DNA of 64,000 nucleotides from Thermodesulfobacteriota bacterium (GTDB lineage Bacteria; Desulfobacterota; Desulfobacteria; Desulfobacterales; C00003060). A program made the position numbers and the translations under genes. Shown here piece after piece: positions 50,090 to 59,779 of the stretch. Position 1 is the stretch's first letter. Each line of letters starts with the position of its first letter. Location: positions 1 through 64,000 of the forward strand of contig JAXHVD010000022.1 of assembly GCA_034189385.1 (NCBI GenBank), in the 5' to 3' direction. The notes below the pieces were generated by a model. The model did no database searches. It was not told the DNA's origin and saw nothing but the letters and a program-made list of their open reading frames with translations.

Positions 50090-51148
50090 ATGGACTACTC
50101 AACCAATAAGAACATACTCATCGTGAAAATGAGTTCCATCGGAGACGTGATACATACACTGCCGGCGGTGAATGCCCTAAGGGCACATTTTCCAGATGCC
50201 CGCATTACGTGGTTGGTGGAAGAGGCGGCGTCAGCGATTGTTGCATCCCATGAGGCCGTTGATCGTATGCTTATTTCAAAGAGGAGTCGATGGGTGAGGG
50301 GGCTTTTGGGGGCATCGTGCCTTGAAAATGCTAAAGAGATCTTTCGCTTCGCAGGGGAACTCCGAGACACCAGATATGACTTGGTCATTGACTTTCAAGG
50401 GCTGATGAAGAGCGCTGCCATGGTGGCCCTTTGCAGAGGAAAGCGTAAGATCGGCTACAACAGGACCAGGGAATGGAGTTACCTCGCTCTTGACGAACGC
50501 ATAGAGCCCTATGATATAAATACCCACGCAGTTTACAGATACTTGAATCTGATAAGCCATTTGGACGTTGACACGTCAAAGATAGAGTTCAAGATTCCCT
50601 ATGACGAGAAGGACCTGTCGCGTGTCCAAACCATGCTCCGTGAAGGAGGATGGAGTAGTGGACAACCCGTTGTTGCCATGAACCCGGTGGCAAGGTGGGA
50701 GACGAAGCTGTGGGACGCAGAAAAATTCGCTCATCTGGCAGACAGGCTCATAGCACACTCACGATGCCTTGTAGTATTTACCGGAAACGAGGCCGACAGG
50801 GAAGAAATCGCCAAGATTAGGTCTAGGATGAACCATTCGTGCATGGATTTATCGGGCCGGACCGGTTTAAGGCAATTGGCGGCCCTTTACGCGATATCCA
50901 CTTGTGTGGTATCTACGGACACAGGGCCCATGCATCTGGCTGCAGCAACGGAAACCCCTGTGGTGGCCCTCTTTGGTCCCACTGCCCCATGGAGGACAGG
51001 TCCCTTCGGTGAGGGTCACCAGGTCTTACGCTCAGAGATATCCTGCAGCCCCTGTTTCAAAAGAAAATGTGACAGTAAGACTTGCATGCAGGATATTTCC
51101 GTTTCGGGCGTTTTTGACTCTGTTGCAGCGATTCTGAAGAGGAGTTGA
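50090..51148 (+). CDS. GT9 LPS heptosyltransferase (WaaC/WaaF-like)
   Basis: KMSSIGDVIHTLP, DFQGLMKS, DTGPMHLAAA, LFGPT. Confidence 0.92.
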   Translation: MDYSTNKNILIVKMSSIGDVIHTLPAVNALRAHFPDARITWLVEEAASAIVASHEAVDRMLISKRSRWVRGLLGASCLENAKEIFRFAGELRDTRYDLVIDFQGLMKSAAMVALCRGKRKIGYNRTREWSYLALDERIEPYDINTHAVYRYLNLISHLDVDTSKIEFKIPYDEKDLSRVQTMLREGGWSSGQPVVAMNPVARWETKLWDAEKFAHLADRLIAHSRCLVVFTGNEADREEIAKIRSRMNHSCMDLSGRTGLRQLAALYAISTCVVSTDTGPMHLAAATETPVVALFGPTAPWRTGPFGEGHQVLRSEISCSPCFKRKCDSKTCMQDISVSGVFDSVAAILKRS

Positions 51149-51206
51149 GCCATTCGAAGACTAGTCGCATAGTCGAGTGGTTGAGCAGCAAAAGGGAGGT
51201 AAAGGC

Positions 51207-51380
51207 ATGACAATCAGCGAGGAGTTATTGGATATTTTGGCATGTCCCAAATGCAAAGGGGATATTTATCTTAACAAGACAAAAGACGGGCTTATCTGCG
51301 ATAAGTGTAAACTCCTTTATGAAATCAAGGACGACATTCCCATCATGTTGATCGATGAAGCCAAGCCCATAGAGACATGA
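51207..51380 (+). CDS. Trm112/YcaR family protein
   Basis: LLDILACPKCKG...YEIKDDIPIMLIDEA; GGGAGG SD. Confidence 0.93.
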   Translation: MTISEELLDILACPKCKGDIYLNKTKDGLICDKCKLLYEIKDDIPIMLIDEAKPIET

Positions 51381-51436
51381 GAGGCGGGAAGGCTGTTTAT
51401 GGCTGTTTTTTTTAGATGAGACGGGTGTAGGATGAG

Positions 51437-52111
51437 ATGTTCGACTCTTTGAAACTGTCCGATTTGTCCAAAAAGCGTTGTATGCTCCTTCGGCATGGCT
51501 CCCACACGAGACCTGCTTTGTGGGTGGTGAAAGAACATGGAGTGCGGGCTGTTGTGAAAGACTTCAGTCGAGGGAAGCTGTTCTATCGAGGCATTATTGG
51601 AAGATTTCTCGTATGGAGGGAAAGGAAGGCGTATAGAAAGCTGCGCGGCCTAAGGGGTATCCCCGCCTTATATGGAGTGATTGACGGTCTGGCATTGGTT
51701 CTGGAGGAAATTCCGGGCAAGAGGTTGAAAAAGCATAAAGGGGATACAGCGCTTTCCAAAGCCTTCTTTGATGCATTGGAAGAGACGATTGAAGACTTTC
51801 ACCGAAGAGGTGTGGCCCATTGTGATTTGAAGAATGCAAGTAATATCTTGGTGGGTAACGATGGGATGCCCTACATCGTGGATTGGGCTGCTTCCATTTC
51901 TGAGAGGGAATTGAGGTTCTTTCCCTTGAATCTCATCTACCGAAGATTTGTGTCAGATGATCGCGCGGCCATCACCAAGTTGGAGTTACAATATCGCCCC
52001 GATCTCCTGAGCCCAGAAGAGAAACGGTGTTATCAAGACCGGAGTCTTGTAGAAAGAGCCGTCAGAGGTGTTAGGAATGCTCTCCGCAGGGCGTTGCAGA
52101 GAATCGCCTGA
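51437..52111 (+). CDS. Kdo/WaaP/RIO1-like kinase, copy 1
   Basis: VVKDF, HCDLKNASNILV, IVDWA; LPS operon context. Confidence 0.8.
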   Translation: MFDSLKLSDLSKKRCMLLRHGSHTRPALWVVKEHGVRAVVKDFSRGKLFYRGIIGRFLVWRERKAYRKLRGLRGIPALYGVIDGLALVLEEIPGKRLKKHKGDTALSKAFFDALEETIEDFHRRGVAHCDLKNASNILVGNDGMPYIVDWAASISERELRFFPLNLIYRRFVSDDRAAITKLELQYRPDLLSPEEKRCYQDRSLVERAVRGVRNALRRALQRIA

Positions 52112-52210
52112 GTGTTTGGTGGGGTCATCGATTGCCCAAAACAGATCTTTTTTACCTCGACGAAACCTTTCTTTCTACACCAAGTATTGCCAGGAACCCT
52201 GGAGGTTAAG

Positions 52211-52801
52211 ATGCTGCGAAATGCAGTGAGTCGCATCCACGAGATTTTCAACGATCGATGGCTGAGATCTTTGCTCAGAAAACTCCGTTACGCAATCTTT
52301 TTGGTCGCTATAGTAGTCTTGATTCCTCAAATAGAGCCTTCTTGGTTCCTGCCTGGATGTTTTCTGTGCCTTTTTGGGGAATCGATTCAGCTTTGGTGCT
52401 TCGCCTCTTTAGACAAAAACACGACACTCGCCGTGAAAGGACCCTATACCTTAATGCGAAACCCCATGTACATTGGCCGCTTCTTTCTTTTACTCGGGTG
52501 CCTGCTACTCACGGGGAATATCTGGATAATCATTGTCTTCACCCTCCTTTACTATTTTTATATGGTGAATCGGGTTCAAAGGGAAGAGGGCAAATTAAAG
52601 CGTGTCTTTGGGGAAGCATATGAGGATTACTGCCGAAAGGTGAACAGGTTCGTGCCGTCCTTTAAAGGAGTCGCCCCTGGATCATTATGGTTTTTCAGAT
52701 GGGAACTTCTTCTGAATAACAACGGACACTGGAACGCACTGGCAGTTATCATCTCTTTCGCAGTCTTCTATTTTTTTACCTTTGTCTATTCCGCGTCCTG
52801 A
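52211..52801 (+). CDS. Isoprenylcysteine carboxylmethyltransferase / PEMT family membrane protein
   Basis: GPYTLMRNPMYIG, EE..L...FGEAYEDY...VNRFVP. Confidence 0.88.
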   Translation: MLRNAVSRIHEIFNDRWLRSLLRKLRYAIFLVAIVVLIPQIEPSWFLPGCFLCLFGESIQLWCFASLDKNTTLAVKGPYTLMRNPMYIGRFFLLLGCLLLTGNIWIIIVFTLLYYFYMVNRVQREEGKLKRVFGEAYEDYCRKVNRFVPSFKGVAPGSLWFFRWELLLNNNGHWNALAVIISFAVFYFFTFVYSAS

Positions 52802-52881
52802 GAGATCATCTTTGGCAAGGTGAAATCGTCATCCTTGATGGCTTTTCTGTGGATGTAACATCTGCCAAGAGGCAATATATT

Positions 52882-53559
52882 ATGCGCATACTTCTGGTTG
52901 AAGATGATCTTAAGATTGCCTCTTTCATTCTAAAGGGGTTAAAGGAAGCGGGATTTGCTGTGGACCATGCAGTGGATGGGGAAGAGGGGCTCCATATGGC
53001 TTTAATGGAACCCTACGACACGGCCATTATTGACATCATGTTGCCCAAATTGGATGGTCTGAGTCTTATTGAGAGATTAAGGCAGAAAAAGACCAAGACA
53101 CCTGTTATCATCTTGAGTGCTAAACGGTCGGTAGATGATCGCGTGAAGGGGCTCCAAAGAGGCGGTGACGACTATCTCACAAAGCCTTTCGCTTTTTCTG
53201 AGCTTCTGGCTCGTGTACAAGCACTCATCCGAAGGGCAACGGATGCTTCAGAGCCTTCAAGTCTTTCGGTCGGTGATCTCTCCATGAACCTGCTTACCCG
53301 TGAGGTGGCCAGAGGGGACAAGAAGATCGACTTGCAGCCTCGCGAGTTTGCTCTGCTTGAATATCTGATGCGCAACGCAGGAAGGGTCGTTTCCAAGACC
53401 ATGATCATGGAACATGTCTGGGACTACAATTTTGACCCGCAGACCAACATTGTGGAGGTAAGGATATGCAGGTTGCGAGATAAGGTTGACAAAGATTTCG
53501 GGGTGAAGCTGATTCAAACCATTCGCGGGGCGGGATATGTACTTAGGGAAGCTACTTAG
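52882..53559 (+). CDS. OmpR/PhoB-family response regulator (CusR/CzcR-like), copy 1
   Basis: LVEDD, DIMLP, DDYLTKPF, TIRGAGY. Confidence 0.95.
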   Translation: MRILLVEDDLKIASFILKGLKEAGFAVDHAVDGEEGLHMALMEPYDTAIIDIMLPKLDGLSLIERLRQKKTKTPVIILSAKRSVDDRVKGLQRGGDDYLTKPFAFSELLARVQALIRRATDASEPSSLSVGDLSMNLLTREVARGDKKIDLQPREFALLEYLMRNAGRVVSKTMIMEHVWDYNFDPQTNIVEVRICRLRDKVDKDFGVKLIQTIRGAGYVLREAT

Positions 53560-54952
53560 ACTACGCCATACACTGGCGTTCAGACTCACCGTTTGGTACG
53601 CGGGCATATTCATCCTTTCATCTTTTGGGGGTTTTCTCGTCTTCTATCTGATGAACATTTCACTCATTCAGGAGGCCACTGATCAAGAACTCCTTAACGA
53701 GCGAACCGAATTTGCAACTCTCTTGAAATCGCAGGGTATTGATGCGGTGAAGACAGCAGCACAGCTTGAGGCCGAGTCTGAGGGTGTGGACAGAATGTTT
53801 TATCGCGTTCTCACCCTGTCCGGTAAGCTCCTTTGCACATCCGACATGTCAAGCTGGGGGAATCTAGCTGTCGACAGTGCGACATTACAGGGATTAAGTG
53901 GGGGAACCGGCTACCTCTTGGAAACAATGGCTATGCCAGAACACCAATATGACACCCGGATCCTCTACGCATTGATCGGGCCCGAAACCGTGTTACAGAT
54001 AGGCTTGTCATTGGAAGAGAACGCCCAGTTTCTGAAAAAGTTTCAAAGGTTATTTATTGTAATTATCGCTGCCATCGCTGTTTTTGCTGGTTTGATAGGA
54101 TGGTTCTTGGCAAGACGGGCAGTGCTGGGTGTGGAGGACGTTACCCGAACGGCACGCCATATATCGGAAGGTGCTTTGGAAAAGCGCGTTCCCGTGAAAT
54201 CCCGAGGAGATGAAATCGAACAGCTGGCAACCACCTTCAATAGCATGCTGGACCGGATTCAGACGCTGGTTATAGGCATGAGAGAGATGACTGACAACAT
54301 TGCCCATGACCTTAAAACGCCTATTACCAGAGTGCGAGGTGTGGCCGAAATGACCTTGACCACGGGAAAATCCATAGAGGATTACAGAGGCATGGCAGCG
54401 AACACCATAGAGGAGTGTGATCGTCTCCTTCAAATGATAAGGACGATGCTGGATATCTCAGAAGCTGAGGCAGGAGTCGTTAAGCTGGATATAGAAGAAA
54501 CGGATATTTGCCAAGTCATTTGCGAGGCATGTGAGCTCTTTGAGCCAATAGCTGAGGACAAGGGCATAGACATTGTACATAGATTGCCTCCCACTTGTCT
54601 GATACGTGCTGATACTCAGAGACTTCAACGAATGATAGCCAATCTTTTGGATAACGCGCTAAAATACACCGAACGCGAAGGCACGGTGAGCATTGCTGCC
54701 AATGGAGATCGACATCAGATCCTCATCTCAGTCCATGACACAGGGATCGGGATCTCCAAGGACGACCTGCCCCATATTTTTGACCGGTTCTATCGGTGCG
54801 ATCTGAGTCGCTCAGAGCCGGGTGTCGGTTTGGGCCTGAGTCTGGCCCTGGCAATTGCTCGGGCTCACGGTGGTAACATTACGGCTGAAAGCTGTGTCGG
54901 TAAAGGGAGCACCTTTACGATATCCCTCCCACGAGCGCCTCTTTCTCACTAA
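53537..54952 (+). CDS. HAMP sensor histidine kinase (CusS/CzcS-like)
   Basis: Two TMs, HAMP, AHDLKTP, NLLDNALKY, DTGIG, GLGLS. Confidence 0.95.
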   Translation: MYLGKLLRLRHTLAFRLTVWYAGIFILSSFGGFLVFYLMNISLIQEATDQELLNERTEFATLLKSQGIDAVKTAAQLEAESEGVDRMFYRVLTLSGKLLCTSDMSSWGNLAVDSATLQGLSGGTGYLLETMAMPEHQYDTRILYALIGPETVLQIGLSLEENAQFLKKFQRLFIVIIAAIAVFAGLIGWFLARRAVLGVEDVTRTARHISEGALEKRVPVKSRGDEIEQLATTFNSMLDRIQTLVIGMREMTDNIAHDLKTPITRVRGVAEMTLTTGKSIEDYRGMAANTIEECDRLLQMIRTMLDISEAEAGVVKLDIEETDICQVICEACELFEPIAEDKGIDIVHRLPPTCLIRADTQRLQRMIANLLDNALKYTEREGTVSIAANGDRHQILISVHDTGIGISKDDLPHIFDRFYRCDLSRSEPGVGLGLSLALAIARAHGGNITAESCVGKGSTFTISLPRAPLSH

Positions 54953-54965
54953 GCCCATCTGAAAT

Positions 54966-55003
54966 ATTACCAAATGGTAATCCCCCGGTAATTTCCTCGT
55001 TAG
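54966..55003 (+). promoter_or_regulatory. Putative response-regulator box 1
   Basis: ATTACCAAATGGTAAT palindrome plus GTAAT/GTAAT/GTTAG at 11-bp period. Confidence 0.7.
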
Positions 55004-55350
55004 GTTGTTGTGCTAATCAATCATTTATTGTCAGGGTGCCTACCCCCCTTTTGGCGGGTATCGGTAAACGGCAATTGATGAAGACGCAATGAACACTGTT
55101 CTGACAGAGCGCAGGGGCCATCTTTATCAGATCCAGAGTGGCAAGAAGTGAAAATGAACAATATTGGTGGGCGCATGGAGAAGGCGAATGGCCTTGAGTT
55201 GTGAGTCAGTGAAATGCGATGACGATCTGATTGATCTTTTCGTCCCGTATCCCCACTGCTCCAGCTCTTCATTGAAGCGGGATGGATCGATCGGACAGAA
55301 ATGGCTTGAAGCCAAGGAGTTGCAGAACCTCCAGAAAACAGGCTCAGATT

Positions 55351-56631
55351 ATGATCGTTCTCTACAACATGGTGATGTTGATAGGCAGCGCCCTGGCGCT
55401 GCCCGTTATTTTCGCAAAGATACTCACTTCTGAGAAACGGCAAAAAACGCTTGTCCGGCGTTTCCACCCAGATGTTTGCATTAGGGCTTCTGAGGCAAGA
55501 CCGATTTGGGTTCATGCCCTTTCTGTTGGCGAGGTGCTGGCGTCTATCCCTTTGGTAAGAGAGCTGCGGAAAACGCACGCCCATTGGCCGGTCGTCGTGT
55601 CTGTCTCAACGCTGACCGGTTATGAGATTGCCAAAAGGATGTTGGAAGGCCATGTCGATCAGATCTTCTTCTTCCCCTATGACCTGGTTTGGTCTGTGAG
55701 AAGAATCATCCGCTCCATCCATCCTGCCGTCTTCATCCTGGTGGAATCAGATATTTGGCCGAATTTCGTATACGAGATGAAGAGACAGCACATTCCTTTT
55801 GTCCTTGTAAACGGCCGGGTTTCACCAAGGTCTTTTTCAGGATATGGATGTCTGTCTTTTTTCATGAGACATGTGTTTTCCAATGTCTCCAGCATTTGCA
55901 CCCAGACTGACATGGACGCCAAAAGGTTTCGGGCAATTGGAGCTCCAACTGAGAAGATTCACATCACGGGAAATATGAAGTTTGATCAGACGCCCGTCTT
56001 TATGTCCGGTGAGGAGATCAGGAAAATGAGAGCATCCCTGGGCATCACACCAGCGGCTAAGGTGGTGGTGGCAGGAAGCACTCATGAGGGTGAGGAGGCG
56101 ATGCTGAGCCGTTGCTTCCAGGTCCTAAAAAGGAATTTCCCAGACCTTGTGTTGGTCCTTGTGCCGAGAGATCCGGCGCGGGCCAAGAGGATTCAAGAAA
56201 TGCTTAGCCAAAACGGATGCCTGGCCCTGTTAAGAACGCAATCACCGAGAATAGACGTAGGACCCGTGCCAGAGGTCATCATTGTCGATACCATGGGGGA
56301 ACTGAGACGACTATATGCCATAGCTGACGTGGTATTTGTGGGAAAAAGCCTGGTAGATCTCGGAGGGCAGAATCCACTGGAACCTGCGGCCGTAAGAAAG
56401 CCCATACTTTTTGGACCCTACATGTTCAATTTTGAGAGCATTGCCGGGCAACTGGTTCAACAAGGCGGCGCCTCGCTGGTGGCAAACGAGGCAGATCTGT
56501 TGGATCAGCTAGATGCCTTGCTGGCCGATGTGGGTAAGTGTGAAGCCATGGGAATGGAGGCTTACAGGGTCTTCAAGAGAAACCGTGGCGCCGTTGACAA
56601 GACCTTAAAGGTGATTGAGGAGTTTCTATAG
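55351..56631 (+). CDS. waaA: Kdo transferase, copy 2 (paralog)
   Basis: Long identical nucleotide blocks with 47629-48909; all motifs intact. Confidence 0.93.
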   Translation: MIVLYNMVMLIGSALALPVIFAKILTSEKRQKTLVRRFHPDVCIRASEARPIWVHALSVGEVLASIPLVRELRKTHAHWPVVVSVSTLTGYEIAKRMLEGHVDQIFFFPYDLVWSVRRIIRSIHPAVFILVESDIWPNFVYEMKRQHIPFVLVNGRVSPRSFSGYGCLSFFMRHVFSNVSSICTQTDMDAKRFRAIGAPTEKIHITGNMKFDQTPVFMSGEEIRKMRASLGITPAAKVVVAGSTHEGEEAMLSRCFQVLKRNFPDLVLVLVPRDPARAKRIQEMLSQNGCLALLRTQSPRIDVGPVPEVIIVDTMGELRRLYAIADVVFVGKSLVDLGGQNPLEPAAVRKPILFGPYMFNFESIAGQLVQQGGASLVANEADLLDQLDALLADVGKCEAMGMEAYRVFKRNRGAVDKTLKVIEEFL

Positions 56632-56641
56632 CAATTGGTGT

Positions 56642-56790
56642 TCATCACCCTTTGAGCGAACACTCTGCGCATGTTTCCTGGTTTAGGAATTGGCCATGAG
56701 GCTGAGGCCCTGTCTCGACCACAAGGGCGTTGCTAGACCAGAGGCGGTTACCGTGCAAGGTGGTTTCCAAAGGTAATCTGACGGAGGGGA
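56642..56790 (+). pseudogene. lpxK: lpxK 5' remnant
   Basis: Aligns to ~48978-49125 (TCATCACCCTTTGA...TTACCGTGCAAGGTG); truncated, no intact ORF. Confidence 0.85.
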
Positions 56791-56826
56791 AGGGTGTTTT
56801 GGAAAATGACACGGGAAGGGGAGTAG

Positions 56827-57501
56827 GTGTTCGACTCTCTGAGACTGTCTGATTTGCCTGAAAGAAGTTGCGGGATCCTGCGGCAGGTCTCGAACACAAG
56901 GCCTGTCATGTGGGTAGTAGAGGAGAATGGGCTGAGGGCTGTCGTCAAGGACTTCAGTCAGGGCAAGCTATTCTATCGAACCATTGTTGGCAGGTTTCTC
57001 GTATGGAGGGAAAGAAAGGCGTACAGCAAGCTGAGAGGCGTTAAGGGTGTCCCTGCCCTGTATCGGGTGATCGACGGTCTGGCCTTGGTCGTGGAGGAAA
57101 TTCCGGGCAAGAGGTTGAAGAAGCATAAGCGGGACATAGCGCTTTCTGAGGCCTTTTTTGATGCCCTGGAAGAGACGGTTGGACGTTTTCACCGACGTGG
57201 CATGGCCCACTGTGATCTAAAAAATGCGAGTAATGTCTTGGTGGGCCATGACGGGCTGCCCCACATCGTAGACTGGGCTGCTTCCATATGTGACAGGGAA
57301 TTGAGATGGTTTCCCCTGAATCTCATCTTTAGGAGGTTCCTTTTAGACGATGAGATGGCCATCATCAAGTTAAAATTGCGACATGCCCCTGAAATGTTAA
57401 GCTCCGACGAAAGGAGGCGCTATGGGCGCCGAAGCAAGGCTGAAAAGGTGGTGAGGTCCGCGAGAGACATGTTGCGGACAAGGCTTCAAAAGATGGTGTG
57501 A
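56827..57501 (+). CDS. Kdo/WaaP/RIO1-like kinase, copy 2
   Basis: Same length (224 aa) and motifs as 51437-52111. Confidence 0.85.
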   Translation: MFDSLRLSDLPERSCGILRQVSNTRPVMWVVEENGLRAVVKDFSQGKLFYRTIVGRFLVWRERKAYSKLRGVKGVPALYRVIDGLALVVEEIPGKRLKKHKRDIALSEAFFDALEETVGRFHRRGMAHCDLKNASNVLVGHDGLPHIVDWAASICDRELRWFPLNLIFRRFLLDDEMAIIKLKLRHAPEMLSSDERRRYGRRSKAEKVVRSARDMLRTRLQKMV

Positions 57502-57537
57502 CCGCTTCGTTTTCGAAATCTTCCAGAGGTTCTTTTC

Positions 57538-58206
57538 ATGCGTATACTTTTGGTCGAAGATGATTTGAAAATTACCTTCTTTATCTCAAAGGGGTTTAAG
57601 GCGGAGGGTCTTTCAATAGACCATGCGGCAGACGGAGAAGAGGCCCTTCAGCTCCTTTTAAAGAAACCGTACGACGCGGCCATCATCGACATCATGTTGC
57701 CCAAAGTGGACGGCCTGACGGTCATTGAGGAGCTCCGGCGGCAAAATGTCAACACCCCGGTGATTATTTTGAGTGCGAGGAGGTCGGCAGATGATCGCGT
57801 GAATCGGCTCCGAAGAGATGGTGACGATTATCTGACAAAACCTTTTGCTTTTTCCGAACTCCTGGCCCGTGTGCAGGCATTAGTTCGAAGATCCGGCGGC
57901 ATTTCAGAGCCTACGGGCCTTTCGGTCGCTGATCTTTCCATTGATCTTCTCACCCATGAGGTTGTTAGAGGAAAGAAAAAAATAGACCTGCAACCTCGCG
58001 AGTACGCCTTGCTTGAGTATTTAATGCGCAATGCGGGACGGGTCGTTTCCAAGACGATGATCATGGAACATGCCTGGGACTACAGCTTTGATCCTCAGAC
58101 AAACGTAGTCGAAGCAAGAATATGCAGATTGCGAGACAAGGTTGATAACGACTTTGGGACAAAGCTGATTCACACCATCCCAGGGGCTGGATATGTACTC
58201 AAATAG
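57538..58206 (+). CDS. OmpR-family response regulator, copy 2 (orphan)
   Basis: Paralog of 52882-53559; TIPGAGY instead of TIRGAGY. Confidence 0.88.
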   Translation: MRILLVEDDLKITFFISKGFKAEGLSIDHAADGEEALQLLLKKPYDAAIIDIMLPKVDGLTVIEELRRQNVNTPVIILSARRSADDRVNRLRRDGDDYLTKPFAFSELLARVQALVRRSGGISEPTGLSVADLSIDLLTHEVVRGKKKIDLQPREYALLEYLMRNAGRVVSKTMIMEHAWDYSFDPQTNVVEARICRLRDKVDNDFGTKLIHTIPGAGYVLK

Positions 58207-58510
58207 CGGGGTCAGGTCTAGAGAAACCTTGGCTTGCGGTTGTCCCTCTGGTACGCGGGGATCCTTACCATTTCGAGTTTTGTGGGCTTTTCCACTCTTT
58301 GTTTCAGGAAAATGTCCCTCGTCCGGGTGGTTAGAGATCAATAACTGTTGAACGAACGTTGCGAGTTTGCCAGTGTGGTCAGAGCGGTGCGGTGCCAGCT
58401 ATTGGTTTGGGCCTCAGCCTAGCCCATGGAAGTAACCTTACGGCCACAAGCTCCGTCGGAAAGGGAAGCTTCACGGTCCACCTGCCTCGAGAGCCTCTCA
58501 CAGACTGTCT
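58207..58510 (+). pseudogene. Histidine kinase remnant (5' and 3' ends fused, middle deleted)
   Basis: TGGTACGCGGG matches the HK 5' part; GGTTTGGGCCT...GTCGGAAAGGGAAGC...GAGAGCCTCT matches the HK 3' end. Confidence 0.85.
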
Positions 58511-58521
58511 CCATCTGAAGT

Positions 58522-58560
58522 ATTACCAAATGGTAATCTTCATGTAATCTTCTCGTTAAT
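58522..58560 (+). promoter_or_regulatory. Putative response-regulator box 2
   Basis: Identical ATTACCAAATGGTAAT plus GTAAT/GTAAT/GTTAA at 11-bp period. Confidence 0.7.
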
Positions 58561-58711
58561 TTGCTGTCGTATCTTCTCAGAACGGAAAATGAAGCTCGGC
58601 AAACCTCCACATGTGTCTGTAGTGGGCACACCTGCTAACGTCGGTGTGTTTATTGCCTCGCTTTCCGGCAGCTTGGAAATTCCAAAGCTTCTATAAAGAG
58701 TACTGCAAAGG

Positions 58712-59779
58712 ATGGGGACAGTGGAACCCAGGTCTTCTAAGTCATCCAACACGGGCCGTTTAGAGTCGGTGGACCCTATTGCATTCCATAGGAACCCCTC
58801 TCTTTTGTCCGTTGTGGTGCCGGTCTATAACGAGCAGGAGGTGATCCGTGAATTCCATCATCGGCTTTCAGAAGTACTTGAAGGGCCTGACATTACGGCA
58901 GAAATTGTCTATGTGAACGATGGAAGCACCGATGGCACACTGGATATTCTGTTGGCCCTGAACAGGGGGGATAACAATGTCCACGTAATCGATCTGACAC
59001 GAAATTTCGGCAAAGAGATCGCCATGACTGCCGGGCTGGATCATGCTGTGGGTGACGCGGTCGTCCTTATTGATGCCGACCTTCAGGATCCTCCGGAGAT
59101 GATCCCTCACATGGTCAGAGAATGGCACAATGGGTATGATGTGGTTTACATGAAGCGGATCAGTCGCCGGGGTGAGTCGATGTTGAAAAAGGTGACAGCC
59201 CGGGCTTTTTACTGCTTTATGCACAAGGTCAGTCCTGTTGAAATACCCGTAAACGCAGGTGATTTTCGCCTGCTAAGTCGCCGTGCAGTAGATGCGTTGC
59301 GGCAGATGCCGGAGCGCAACCGTTTCATGAAAGGTCTATTTGCTTGGATAGGCTATCGGCAGAAGGAACTGGTTTACCACCGCGACCCCCGTTATGCGGG
59401 CCATTCGAAGTGGAACTATTGGGCATTGTGGAACTTTGCTCTAGAGGGAATCACCTCGTTCACCGTATCGCCGTTGAAGGTGGCCAGTTATGTGGGGCTG
59501 CTTACGGCAGCAGTCGCCTTTCTATATGGTCTGCTGGTGGTCCTCAAAACTCTTCTGCTGGGAGATCCGGTACCTGGTTATCCCAGCTTGATGGTAGTGA
59601 TTCTCTTCCTAGGGGGCATTCAGTTGATGGCCACAGGCATCCTCGGTGAATACGTTGGACGGGTGTTCATGGAGACCAAGGGGCGACCGCTTTACTTAGT
59701 AAAGGGCCATTTCAGAAGCGCGTCGTCCCAACGTCCCATCAAGATCAGAGAAAAGGCGACCATGAATGTGGTTTCATAG
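58712..59779 (+). CDS. GT2 polyprenol-phosphate glycosyltransferase (GtrB/ArnC-like)
   Basis: VVPVYNE, VNDGSTDGT, RNFGKE, IDADLQDPP, GDFRL, two C-terminal TMs; start uncertain. Confidence 0.92.
   Translation: MGTVEPRSSKSSNTGRLESVDPIAFHRNPSLLSVVVPVYNEQEVIREFHHRLSEVLEGPDITAEIVYVNDGSTDGTLDILLALNRGDNNVHVIDLTRNFGKEIAMTAGLDHAVGDAVVLIDADLQDPPEMIPHMVREWHNGYDVVYMKRISRRGESMLKKVTARAFYCFMHKVSPVEIPVNAGDFRLLSRRAVDALRQMPERNRFMKGLFAWIGYRQKELVYHRDPRYAGHSKWNYWALWNFALEGITSFTVSPLKVASYVGLLTAAVAFLYGLLVVLKTLLLGDPVPGYPSLMVVILFLGGIQLMATGILGEYVGRVFMETKGRPLYLVKGHFRSASSQRPIKIREKATMNVVS

Noticed and set aside
55021..55350. ORFs upstream of waaA copy 2
   Set aside because: Conflicting short frames with no recognisable family; at most an unidentifiable remnant
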